From Pelomyxa schiedti (lineage: Eukaryota; Protista; Evosea): a DNA stretch of 64,000 nucleotides. The DNA is taken from contig JAHLWZ010000711.1 in the NCBI GenBank assembly GCA_020536535.1, positions 27,927-91,926 on the forward strand, given 5' to 3'. Numbering within the stretch: position 1 is the stretch's first letter; every line of letters starts with the position of its first letter. The translations under genes were made by a program, and so were the position numbers. Shown here in pieces: positions 14,115 to 27,000 of this stretch. The notes under the pieces were generated by a model, which saw nothing but the letters and a program-made list of their open reading frames with translations, ran no database searches and was not told the origin of the DNA.

Positions 14115-15415
14115 TTTCCCGTTTTTTTTTCCCTTTTTTCCCCCCCTTTTTTTTTCCTCTTCCCCTCTTTTCCTTCCTTTTGTTTCCTAAGTTAGTTTGG
14201 TTTTGCTTTGTTTTGTTTTCTTTTGTGTATTAACCTGGTGTAGTTTAGCCATATACGTTATGGAGTCATTACACTTAGAGATATGAACAATGCTGGTGGA
14301 AGTTTTGGACTACGATCGGGTCAGTGGACAGACGATAATTCAATGGGTCTATGTGTTGCAGATTCTCTGCTTTCTTCTCACGGGACTCTTGACCCCCATG
14401 ATCTTATGATACGATTCCAAGCCTGGTGGAACGGTGGCTACAATAACGGGTTCTGCTATGACTCAAGCAACCACTGGAAGCATTCTGTTGGACTCGGTGG
14501 AAATGTGACCTCCCTTCTACACTAGTCCCGTCTGTTTTATTTATCTGGAATTTAGATTTCCATGTCCATGCACAGCTATTTAAGACAAGGAAATCCCTAT
14601 ACGACAGCTGGTGATAGAGAAACGAGTGGCAATGGTTCCATAATGCGTAATGGTGCCCCACCAGTTTGCCATCATGATAACATCGCCCTTGCTGAGGAGG
14701 TTGATTATTCGTTTCACTCGCATATTTTTGACAACTCTTCCAGACCGCAAGGCTACAGAGTTTAGTTACACACCAAGGTGACGAGGCCGCTGAATGCTGT
14801 AGGCTGCTTGCCCATGTTGTTGTAAAAGGTAACTGAGTAAAAATTATCCCAATTTGTTCTGACAAGTAGTAGCAATCAATGGAGAAAGTAAGGAATCCAT
14901 CATGACCAACCTTGGTACCACTTTCCACAGTGAAGTTCCGTCTGCGCGAGCCCTTGCGCGAAGTGAGACTGAGAACGGTGATCCAAATCGCAATTGGCAG
15001 TGGCGTGCCGATGAGTACCGATACAGCCCTAAGAGAGCAAATATGCAGCCAGGGTACATTGGCAGTTACGCAATGGATGGCTTGTGCATGGCGTTGCATT
15101 GCATATGGACGTAAGTCGATTTTATTTTTAAAGTGCAAAGCTAAACTCTACATAGAACCAACTCATTCGAGGAAGCCATAATTAAATCAGCCAACTTATG
15201 TGGTGATGCCGACTCTGTCACATCTGTCACAGGCCAAATGGCTGGTGCTTTGTACGTCTCCCCCATTCCCAACACAACGCGAAGCTAACAGCCACACAAA
15301 TAGGTACGGGGCAAACACAATACCGCAGGATTGGATGAATAAAGTGATGCAATGGGATGGTCATGGTGACATACCACTCCGCGCCTACAGGCTGTTCCAC
15401 CACAAATACCTGTGA
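13567..15415 (+). CDS. ADP-ribosylglycohydrolase (ARH/DraG family), multi-exon
   Basis: GMAIGDSFG, GQWTDDNSM, SGNGSIMR and GDADSV metal-binding motifs. Confidence 0.92.
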
Positions 15416-15674
15416 TCGGCCCCCAGCACCCATTCCTTTCATCATCCAGTAACCACCACCACGTTTTCTGTGTGTCACTTCAGGGTAGTTCTTTACCTGG
15501 TTCAGTTCTATCTAATCTTGAAGTTACCTTTCTTTTTCTTATCTTCTTTCGTTTCTTCATTGTCATCAAATTCACGAAAGGAATCAAAAAACGAAAAAAA
15601 CTTTCGTGAAGAACGGCGATGTCAGGTGTCGTTTAACCCGTTTTTTTCCGTGACACCCATGAACTAATCATACA

Positions 15675-18600
15675 ATGACAGGAGATCCATACAACGACGA
15701 CGAGGCCTGGACGCCCCCTCCAACGACGCCCAACAAGATCAACACCACCATCGCCGCCAACAACAACACCAACACCAACACCACTGCGAGATCGTTGGCA
15801 CCAACGGGGTACGAGGACAACCTGGCGTCTTCCCACCTACCATCACCATCGTCGTCAACAGCAACAGCAGCAGCATCGGCTCCCATAATCAACAGAACGG
15901 CGGCACGCACCAGCAGCACCAAAAACAGCGGATACGAGGAGGACGAAGAGGAAGAGGAGGAAGAGGAGGACGACGACGAGGGCGGGGGCCTGTACAAAAT
16001 CAAAGCGACGCCCGGCCGCGGCGGATACGAAGACGACCAAGACGAAGGTGGAGACAACGCACTGTACAACGTAGATGCCAACGGGTACGACGACGGCAGC
16101 GGCGGCGGGGGCGGTGGCGGGGGCGGCAAGGGTGGCGGGAGGGCAGCAGCAGCCGCGGCGGCGGCGGCGAGGAAGCCAGGGGGCCCGCAGAAGGGACCTG
16201 TGCCAACGCCCATGCCCACTGCTTCTGGTTCCGGGGCATTGTCACATTCGACCACTCTGGTGGCTTTGAGTGTACATTCAGGTTGGTTGGCTTTCGTATT
16301 CAATTCGAATTAAATACTAGAATGGTAAAGCAAAATAACCATGACAGAAAACTCCTTATTAGCACATCCCTTTTCAACGTGCCTTTATAAACAAAAAAAT
16401 AATCGATTCTGAATTTAATGGTAACTAATATGTTCAATCCAAAACAGGCTCTCCAACAGATGAAGGATTCGGTATTTTTCCACCCCAAACTTTGTTACAT
16501 TGCCCAATCATGATTTCAACACATTTTAGATCCACACACTTGGAACAAAAACTTCCAGGATGGTTTGGATGCTCTGCGAGCATGTGAAGATGGAACTACA
16601 ACTGCCCTCGATCCTAACCACCATGACCAACTGGTGGCTGCTTGGACAATGATTAGGAATGCTGCTGCTGATTTTGTTCATGCAGCTCAAGTTTATGGCA
16701 AAATTATCATTGGAGAACAATTTTTACCAATGGCACAAAAGTCAATTAAACCGGCCAAAGTAGGAGGTGTTGCTGGTGGAGAGGTTTGTTCTTCTCCCTT
16801 TTCAGGTTTTTTGTAACTTTGCAACAAGAAATTTATTGTGAATGGCATCTTATTTAAATTTGCCAGAGATTTTAACAATCTCTATGGAGGTGACGATGAT
16901 ATTACTTCAAAAGTTGCAGGACATGAGCTTAAGGTACCTTTTTTTTTTTAAAGGGCTTACTTTTTTGTATTTATACAAAACTTTATAGAGTTGCGTTCGA
17001 TTTTTTGATGCTGCTAAATCTAAAATCAGAGTGCCACTTATGGCTACTGTGGGTAAACAAAGACATTTGCCTTCAGTGCCCTTATTTTTTTGTTCCCTGT
17101 TTTCACAACTAGGTTGATTACCTTGGATTTAGGCTTACGGCAATTTCACTCATCCCAATTATTCCAAGCTCGTATGTGCCATTTCCTCACATTTTTTTCT
17201 TAAAATATTCCCAGTTCACCAGTCTATGGTTCAAGAGATGGAGGAAACACCATATACCACAGTGACCCAGTTGTCAATGAATTAATGAAGAGCATATGCG
17301 GTACTATGAACCTTAAGGAACATCTATGTGGTCTCAAGTACTTGGCAACTTCTGTGGAACCTTTTACTAATAAGGATATTAAGAGCAGACCACTTGTTGA
17401 GTGGTCCTACTGACATAGAAGTGCATAAAGGAACTGATGGAAACTACTATGTGCCTACCCTTTATTTTCCTTCGAACTTCATTCTTAAAGTGAAGTAGGT
17501 TCTTGATGTTTCCAGATTATTCCCCCCTGAAACTCCTATTCCAACGTTAGTTCTTCTTCTGGATGCCAGTAGTTTTTAAAGTACTGTAGGGTTGTCCGGT
17601 GCTACCTCCATCGGCTTCTTCGTCCTGAATTAGTACTCTCTAGTACAAAGGCACTGTCTTCAGATGCTTTATCTCCTTTTTCCCGTGCTGACCCCGACAA
17701 TGCAAAATTGAATGCTGATGTAAACGAATTAACTGATACTTTGCACCAAAAGGTTTTTTTTTACTATTTGCTCTGCACTTGCTCATTGTTTAAGATTATC
17801 CCCGAATTTGCTGAAATGCTTGATACAAAATTTGTAAATATCAGTCCTTCAGATCCTGCCACCCTTGAAATCAGCTCCAAGATGCATGCAGCTGGTACCT
17901 TTTCTTCATCGGGGGGAAATTAAGATTAATCCAGGAATCAATCTGCGACACTATGGGGAAGTTTGGGCACTTTGCAAGCAGTCATCTGTGAAGGAAATCC
18001 TCAAAACCGAAATTGCATCACGGGCAATCAAAGTATATTTCCCTCTCATGTAAAATCCTGTGTAAATTACCTTTGGGCTAGGTAATTTTACGCAAAAAGC
18101 TGCGTGAACTAATGAAAGTAGAGAAAAGATTATCACAGACTCCTTTCTCCCATTTAATTGTTGAATATATCAATGTAGTGCTATGTACTGTTGCTTCAAC
18201 CAAGTACATTTCTTGGAAAAAATTAACAGTGGTAATTTTCCTCTTAGGGAGACAATTATCAGACGTGCCGAACTGGAGACACGAGACAGGCTGATGAAAA
18301 CTGAGTGGGAAAATGTGATACATCCCCGAATGGCAACTTATACAGGTTACAATGCACCATGGTACATCAGCATGTCTGCTGAACCACTGGTGTGCAAAAA
18401 CTGTATTAAATCACCACCTAAGCTTGAGAAAGGGTGTACTGAGAAGATTAGAAGATATGATGGGGCTTCAGTTTTCCACACAATCGACAAAGAGCTTCTT
18501 TATTGATAAAATTTGTGGATTTTCGTTTTCTGATCGTGATCTCTTGTCTCTGCCTGGCAAGGTATAGACACTTTGATTCATCAACCTCTCACACCAACAG

Positions 18601-20359
18601 ATAACACATATGAATCTCTTTTCAAGTAGTCCTCTTTAACTTGTTTTATACCGATCAACATTTGATTAGTTGCTGATGGCCATGTGCTTGCCCTTGATGC
18701 CTCCAAAGCAGCGCCAGAGACAACTGCCCAATTTCTTCGCCTAAGTGTTGACTCCTTTAAATCTGTGATATATGGAAATCCCAAGTCTTGTCGGTTCCTG
18801 CACCACACACTTTGTTCTAACTACTTCCAGATGACTTGCTTTACAGCCTATCCATGTCTCAACTGCGTCTGGGAATCTTCACTAGCGACACGCAGGTAAT
18901 TAACGACGCCTATGAAAATCTTCTTGTTGCTGCCGAAGTTTCTGGTTCCGTTGATCAGTTTGATACCCTTCCTTGGTTACAAGAATTATTGATCTTCTTG
19001 TAACAGAAAAATCTCTACTGCCATGGACACGTGCAAAATAGCTGAAGGATTTGTGCAAATGCGAAAAGACCATCACCACATTCCTGCTGGTGGAGACGTT
19101 ATCTCTATGGCTCTACAAAATGATTGCTGTCTTGCTCTAGGAAGAAATGTATCACGTTGATCCCTGCAGTGTTTTAACATGCCCTTAAAGGATGGCACAG
19201 TTGAGAAAGTCGACATCACTAAAGAAAAGAGAAAACGGGATACACTAACACAAGAAGGAGGTAGAATAACCGGCATAGCCTTCCAAGGTGCTACAATGAT
19301 AACAAGCATATACAGTGATAAAGTTCTGGTATATACGTTAATTTCCCTCTACGAAACTGATCTATTTTCACAGCTCTGGAACAAAAAGGATCGAGTTAAA
19401 TCAGTAATTGAGTGTAAGTTTCTTCCACGATGCATGTGTGTGGTGGAAAAGAAACTCATCGTTGGTGGTGGGAGAGAGTATGCACCTTCTTTCCTAAGAG
19501 GTCTTTGTAATTTTTCTAATCTTTTAAGTAATAAGCCCATTGGATATATATCAATGTGGGACCTCGATACAGTAGACTCCGCTCCAGTGACGTTCGAAGG
19601 ACATGTTGGATGGTATTTTTCTTGCCACTCCCCATTTCCTCTCTAACAATGTTAAAGTGTTGTAGCAATGATTACCTCAACGTTGCAGCACCTTCTTGTT
19701 AGTGCCGGGTTGGATGAAGTGCGGCTGTGGGACCTTGAATCACACCAGCTTGTTGCGAAAATACCCATTACCAGCCGAGTCAATTGTATTACATTTTGCC
19801 AAAACGACTCTACTCTCATAACCGGCTCTGATGACGGCCTGCTAAGGTTAAAAAAAAGCCAAAAACAACCCCCACAACAAAAAAGAAAAAAACCCCAGAA
19901 CAACAAAACAACCAAAAAGAAAAGAAAAACAAACAAACACTGCAATTCACAGTAACTAACACAACCAACAGAATGTATATGCTGGATTCCACACGGGTTC
20001 CCAGGCAGATAGGCCTGATCCACGGTCACTCGGCGGCCGTCACTTGCCTGCAGGTGACCACGGCTCCCATAAGCCTGCTTATCTCGGGCAGCAGCGACGG
20101 CACGCTGCGGTTCTGGCTCCCCTCGCAGTGCTCGCAGCTCGGAATCTGCGTGGGCGTGATACACAACGGGCCCCCGGTGCTGATGGTGCAGGCCCTGGCC
20201 CAGACCAGCCCAAGGAAGAGCGGGACTGGGAGCGGACCCGGCGAGGTGCTGCTACTGGCGTGCTCGTCGAAGGAGGTGCACGTGCACGCGATCCAGCTGG
20301 GGGCCTTGGTCAAGAGCGTGCCGGATTTGGCCTCGGCGCTTTCGTCTTTGGCATTCTAA
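15675..20359 (+). CDS. CLU (clustered-mitochondria)-domain protein with low-complexity N-terminus and C-terminal WD40 repeats, many exons
   Basis: FVHAAQVYGKIII, GGVAGGEKFIVNGILFKFA, AGHELK, DYLGFRL, GPTDIEVHKGTDG, LLRPE and GINLRHYG are CLU motifs. GH..WD repeats (FEGHVG, VRLWD, HGHSAAVTCL..SGSSDGTLRFW) follow. Treating it as one gene is inferred. Confidence 0.8.
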
Positions 20360-20633
20360 GCGTTTGGCACTTTGTAATGTGTCAAAAAAGTTGAGTTGCT
20401 TCTTTGTTCTTTAACACTCAGAAAAACGAAACAAATCTCGGGTGAGCAGAGGTGCTTCATGAAGAGAGGAGGTGTGAGATAGACTGGGGAGTGAAGTCTA
20501 CACTTGGATCGAGGCCAAGAAGAGAGAACGAGATCTCAGTTGCACTTTTAATTGTCGGGTTTAATTTCTTCGGACAGAATAAATCGAAAACAAACTTTCT
20601 ACACCGTGAAGTCAAGCACGTAACCCGTAACCA

Positions 20634-22665
20634 ATGTCGTCCGCCGATTCCGCAAGCACTACAACCACCACAACCACCACTACCCCTGCAGTCAAGCCCG
20701 AAGCGCAAGTTCCTTCGCCTTCAGCACCAACTGCGTCTACTCCCGCCACCGTTGGTACGCCGGCTAAAACTGCAGCGGCAACCGCGACTGCATCCGTGTC
20801 TACATCTGCAAGTGCTATCGACGTAAGTGGCAAAGCGTGCACTGCTTTTGCTGTTGATGTGGAGCTCGCCACAAAGATTAAGGACCAGGTATTCCTTTGT
20901 AATCACGTTAACGTAGTCTCTCATCATTACTTTTTACACAATCACATAGGTCGAGTTTTACTTCGGGGACTCCAATTTTGCTCTTGACAAGTTCCTCATG
21001 ACCAAGACTCAAGAGGGTGCCGAGTGGATGGATTTGAGTGTTGTTGCATGCTTCAATAAACTGAAAGATTTGGCCAGCCAAAGACATTTAGAAATGCTCC
21101 CAGTAGAATTGATGGCAGAATTACTTAAAACATCCCAAGTGGTAGAGGTGAAGGAAAAAGCCTACACCAACTTTTCATTCTAATTCATTGGACAGATTAG
21201 TGAAGACCAGAAAAAAATAAAGAGGAGGAACCCTGTTGTGCCTGAGGATGTTCTAAATAAGCGTACTGCTTATGTGGTAGGCCATCATTCAGTGTTTTGT
21301 TCTCCAATTTGACTGTTTCACAGAAAGGCCTTCCAAGAGGGGTGGAACCAGATCTGAAAAAAATCACTGAGAGGTTATCTGCCTTTGGCAAAGTAAATGC
21401 TGTATGGTTACGGAGGTTCAGAAACAAAGTGTTTAAGGTTTACCCTTTTTTCTGCCAAAGAAAATTAATTATTCCTGCCCAGGGCTCACTTTGTGTTGAA
21501 TACGATTCCCCTGAAACCATGCAAGCGGCTGTATCGAGGCCCCTAGATTTTGAAGGGCAAAAATTGGAGTTTATTCCCAAGTAAACCCACTTCCATCCAT
21601 TTCTGTATCTCATTGTCACACAGAGAGCTTTGGATAAAGCAGGAAGCAGAGCTAGGTCATCGTGGACCTTTTACCCTTATTGAAGCTACCAAATCAGCAA
21701 CAGAACCAGCACCAACGAAAGATGAGGGTCCACAGAACCGTCATGGCCTGATAGTTGTTGTATCTGGTCTACCTGCTGTTGTAACAAACGATCAGGAGTT
21801 GAAAGTACCCTTTTCTTGTGATTCCTTTTCTTTCCAATAGTAAAACCAATTACAGAACAAATTGAAAGAACTCAGTGGGAATACCTCTGGATATGTGTCC
21901 CAATCAGAGGATGGAGGGGATTTATATGTCCGATTCAAGGATGCGCAAGATGCCACCAAGTTTGTGCAAAATTTCCATCTCAAGGAACTGCTTGGCAACC
22001 CTGTCCAGTGTTCTATAATGGAAGGTAAAGTATAAACAACAGGTAATTTCATTTCCTCACTAACGCGAATCATTACAGGTGAGAAAGAGCGCCTTTACTG
22101 GGCCAAGGCATGGCCTCACATACAGGGACCAAAGGGAAGAGGCAGAGGACAGGCCAGAGGCGGGAGAGGTCAAAGAGCAGGAAGAGGGGGGAGAGGAGGA
22201 AATCGCGGTGCCGCAAATACTGCTCCAGCATCTACTGCTGCCGCCTCGACTAACGCGACAGATGCAAATACGGAACCTGCCCCTGACACAATGGGAACCG
22301 AAGCTGAACCTCAGGAAGGACCAGCCCGAGGAAGAGGCAAAGGGCAGAACAGAGGTAGGGGACAAAGGGGAGGCCGCGGTGGACGCGGTGGCAGAGGGGG
22401 CCGAGGAAGGGGCAGAGGAGGTAGAGGCGGAGCGGACAATGTGGAGCCGAGCATCGCGGAGGAGTCTAATACCACTACTCCTACCGCAGCATCTACAACC
22501 ACTTCCACCACAACATCAACAACCGCCACCGCAACCCCGGCACCAGCACCCCCCAAGGAGAATGTTGAACAAACCCTCCCAGTGAAGAGAGAAGCCGAAC
22601 CAATCAAGGCAGAGACAGAAGCCAAGAAACCAAGAACTGATGACGGAACAGAAAAGAAGGACTAA
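20634..22665 (+). CDS. La / La-related RNA-binding protein (La motif, RRM, xRRM-like RRM2, RGG tail, basic NLS)
   Basis: KIKDQVEFYFGDSNFALDKFL (La motif), FKGSLCVEY (RNP1), GEKERLYWAK (xRRM helix), RGG repeats, KRE..KKPR. Confidence 0.9.
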
Positions 22666-22754
22666 GAAGCCTTTTTGTTCTTTGACAAAGAAATAAAATG
22701 CTGTTGCAAAATTTTTCATAAAAATAAACACTTTTGTAGCCAAACACAGGTTTT

Positions 22755-23988
22755 TTAAGTGTTTGTGTGATATACGGCCATTTCTGTGGCAGCCGTGTTG
22801 TGCTTGTATAGCTTCATGGCAACAAAGAACACTGCAACAGATAGCAACGCAAAGCCACCAATTGTACAGCCGAGACCTATCCACAAATTTGTCCCTGGGT
22901 TTGATTACTGTAGTGCATGTGAAATGTTTTTCTCGCACCACTGTAGCAGTTTCCGTCATCATTATCACACTCAGGTACATTACATTCTTCGTCGCAGTGA
23001 TAGTTCCACAACATATCGTCAGTGCATCCAGGTGCGCATTCAACTGAAAGTTTGGGAGAAAAAAATGGTACGAAAGAAAAACCGTACGGCAAGCATCGAA
23101 GTCATAGTTACACGCGAATGTGTCACAATCATAATCACAATAACCGTCCCCTATCCAGGTGTCGTCGCAAGACCAGTCTTTGCCACATTCTAAAAGAAAA
23201 TTAACCAATGCCGCAGTTCACTTGGTGAAACCGCAGTCAGGCAAGTCATATGTACACTCAGGAACATAACAGTAACTATCACACCATCCATCTCCGATTC
23301 CTGCTTTACATTCCGTGCTGCAACCTAACACAGGAGCCCCAGTAAATACACCAGTTAAAGTAAAGCGGACATACAGTCATTCCCATCGTAGTCGCACTCG
23401 GGGGTAAGGCACTGCGAATCACATATACCGTTCCCGATTAGCGAGGAATCACATAGGCAAGCTAGATATTTGAAGGGTTACTCCTTCGTTTACAACGGAA
23501 ACATGAGAGAGCATACTGTTACAATCGTCCCCGTCATACTGGCAATCCGCCGAGTACATACACCAAAAATCACACACAGAGTTATTGACCCAGCTACTTA
23601 GACACCAATAGTCGCAAGTTGACAAGTGGCCTGGAATTTAAGGTTTTTTTCTCCCATTATCTGTCAACAAAAAAAAAATCATGCAGAGCAAAGCGCCAAT
23701 ATAGTCCATAAGGGTAATAGTACATACATTCACCATTGTCCCAGTTGCATTCTTCGTTGAAGCAACTTTCGTCGCACATCCAAGTGTTGTCATAGCATGA
23801 ACACTGTCCATGCACTACAACGTATTCCAATGATGGGAGAGAAATATGGGTCAGTTGGGGCCATCCCCTTTTTGGTATGTAATCCCACAATGACAACACA
23901 CTGACATTCATTCCCCACCATTGTTCACCAGCAGCAGCACAAGGAAAACAGCTGCCCCAAACAACAAACCCCGCGACGTTGTTTCCAT
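22755..23988 (-). CDS. Type I membrane protein with about six LNR (Lin-12/Notch) repeats
   Basis: Signal peptide METTSRGLLFGAAVFLVLLLV, repeats such as CDDTWIGDGYCDYDCDTFACNYDFDAC, TM segment GGFALLSVAVFFVAM, short tail. Confidence 0.8.
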
Positions 23989-24074
23989 CTCCGCCGGTTT
24001 TTCTTTTTTCCGCTATTAATATTTTCTTGATCAAGTTCCATTCGGCGAACAATCATCTACACCAACACGGACGC

Positions 24075-27000
24075 ATGTTGCACTCGTGGTGGAATGCCAT
24101 CATTGGTGCCCTCGGAAAGGCCACCAAAGACCTCCACGACGCCGCGGCCCACGGCGACGCGGCCCAGGTGCGCAAGCTGCTCCGCTCGCTGGCCGACAGC
24201 GGCGACCCCAAGGGGCAGCGCGCGGCCGTGAACGCCTTGGCCCCCAGCGGCGCCCCGGACGCCCACACGCCCCTCTGGGCCGCCTCCGCCGCCGGCCACG
24301 CCGACGCCGTCGCCGCCCTCCTGGAGTGCGCGGCCGTCGACCCGGCGCTCCCGCAGTCCGGCACGGGCGAGACCCCCCTCTACGCCGCGAGCCGCCGCGG
24401 CCACGAGGCCGTGGTGGCCGCCTTCGCCGCGGCGCTGGGCGACGCCGCCGCGGACGCGGACGCGGGCGCCGCCGCCGCCCTGTGGAACGCCGCGCGGCCC
24501 GGCGACGGCGACACCCCGCTGTGCGCGGCCAGCGAGCTCGGGCACCTCGGCGTCGCGCGGCGCCTGGCCGCCGTCTGCTGGACCGACCCGAACCTGCCGC
24601 GCGGGGGCACCGGCGCCACCCCGCTGCTCCTGGCGGCCACCGGCGGGCACGCGGAGCTCGTGGGGGTGCTGGTGGGGGCGGGGGCCAAGCCGGACCTGGA
24701 CCTGGGCTCGAGCCGGCTGGAGTGCGCCACCCCGCTGTTTGTGGCCAGCAGGAGCGGGTGTGTGGATATTGTCAGGACGCTGGTCACGGAGGCCAAGGCC
24801 GATGTGAATAAGTGCAGGGCCGACGATGGGCGCTCCCCGCTGTTCGTGGCCAGCCAGTTCGGACATGCTGGGGTTGTGGAAGTTCTCATTTCTCAGGGAC
24901 ACCCTGATGTTAATAAGGCCACCCGGAAAGATGGGCGCACGCCCGTCTTGGTTGCAAGCGAGTTTGGATTCTCTTCCGTTGTTGACTTGCTCATCTGTAA
25001 AGGCCGCTGTGATGTGAACCAGGCAGCAAATGATGGGTCAACTCCACTGATGGCTGCCAGTGGGCACGGGCATACCGAGGTGGTGGAACTATTGATTAAG
25101 AAAGGCCACGCCGATGTGAACAAAGCCAAATCTGGCGATGGTTGCACTGCCCTGTTAATGGCAAGCGAGAATGGACATGCAGCTGTCGTTAGGGTTCTCA
25201 TTTCCGAAGGGCACGCCAATGTAAACACTCCTACTAAGAAAACTCCGCTATGGGCGGCTTGTCAGAATGGACACGCTAACGTTGTGGATGTTCTCATAAC
25301 AGAAGGGCACGCTGATGTTAGCATTTCATCGAACAGCTCAACTCCTTTGTTTGTTGCATGCCTCCATGGACACGTCGTCGTTTCAGACATCCTCATCACC
25401 AAAGGACATGCTGATCCGAACGAACTTTGTGCGGTTACTAGTCAGACTCCTCTGCATATTGCTTGTGAAAAGGGTCATGAAAAAGTGGTCGAACTTCTCA
25501 TCAAAAAAGAAAATGTTGATATCAACAAGCCAAGGGGAGATAATGGGGTGACCCCATTGCAAGTTGCCAGTGCAGGAGGACATACCACTGTTGTACAGAA
25601 ATTGATTTGTGCTGGTGTTTCTATCCCTCAAAATCCAAGTAAAATCTTCACGGAACAGTCTTCTCTTTTGCTGAAAGCCTTTTGGAAAAGTAGTTCCCGT
25701 GATATTTTGGTCATCTCCAAACAGTCTCCCCCCGAGGAAAAGGGAACCAGCTCCTCTCTCCATTCGTTGAACGAAGATGAAATGCAACTAATAAGGGATA
25801 TAGTTGGAACTGAACTCTTTACTTCTTGTGGGGATATCACGAAACGCCAAGCTACTGCTCCAAGGATTGTCAGAACACTGGTCTCTTTTTTACGATATTT
25901 CTTTTCTCACTTTTCATAGGATTCTGCTTGTTACGTATGGGCCCGTGTGATGAAGAGGCCATCCAAACGACTTCATGCCCTCCACTTAAGCTGTGGAATA
26001 CTGAAATCCTGGCTTGCCAACTGTATTTCTCACTGCAACGAACTGAAGGACGCTGTGGAAACTCATTTAACCACAAGCAATTCGATAGTGGCCACTCATT
26101 TGGAAGCTTCTAGCAAGGTTAAAAATTTGCAGATAGACCTGGAGGAGTGTGAACACGAGTTACAACCTTCTCACCCTGAGATTGCAAGTGTGAAACTAGC
26201 ATTTGAACAAGCAAGAGCACACTCACAGGTACTATGGTGGTTTACAAAAGAAAAAGAGGTGGTACAGAGAGAATTGGTTGCACAAAACACCAAGTTCAGT
26301 AGGCTTTGGGAAGTAGTATCAAATAAAACTCTGAGGGGTCTTACAGAAGAAGAAGTTGCCGATCTGCTCATTCCTGAAATTTATTACATTTCACTAAGCC
26401 CTGGTGATAGCAGCGCTGATACCAGTCCTTCTACTCAACCTTCTGCAATTACTGCTTCCTCATTGGAAGATTCTTGGCAACAGGATGTGCGAGACCAGTT
26501 CATACAAAACCACATAAATGGAGAGGCCCTTGAACAACTTACAAATGACGACATGCTGGAACTTCATATGAACAACTTGCTGCACAGGAAGGCCTTATGT
26601 CACCTCGTGGAGAATGTGCACAGTTTCGGGACCATGCACCCCTGGCAATCATCTGAACCAGCGGTAATAGAAGCACCGGCATCCGCACTGCAATGGACTG
26701 AAAACCAAGTTGCTCAGTGGCTTTTAAAAGAAGGATTTGATCAAGTCACACTTGCAGGAACGACCAAATCGCCCCTGGTCATACCTGGTTGGGCATTTGT
26801 TCACCTTACCCACCCTGACCTTAGGGCTCTTGGCCTGACCATCGGCGATGCCAGGCGTCTTTCAACCAAAATTGCGCTCCTCAAATCGGCGTGTTTCACC
26901 ACAAGTACTACTGTCACCCAGAAACCACCTCTACAAGAAAAAACACTCACCAGCCACATTTTTCTGGAAGCTATTTGTGCAACAACCTGGAAGCGACTGA

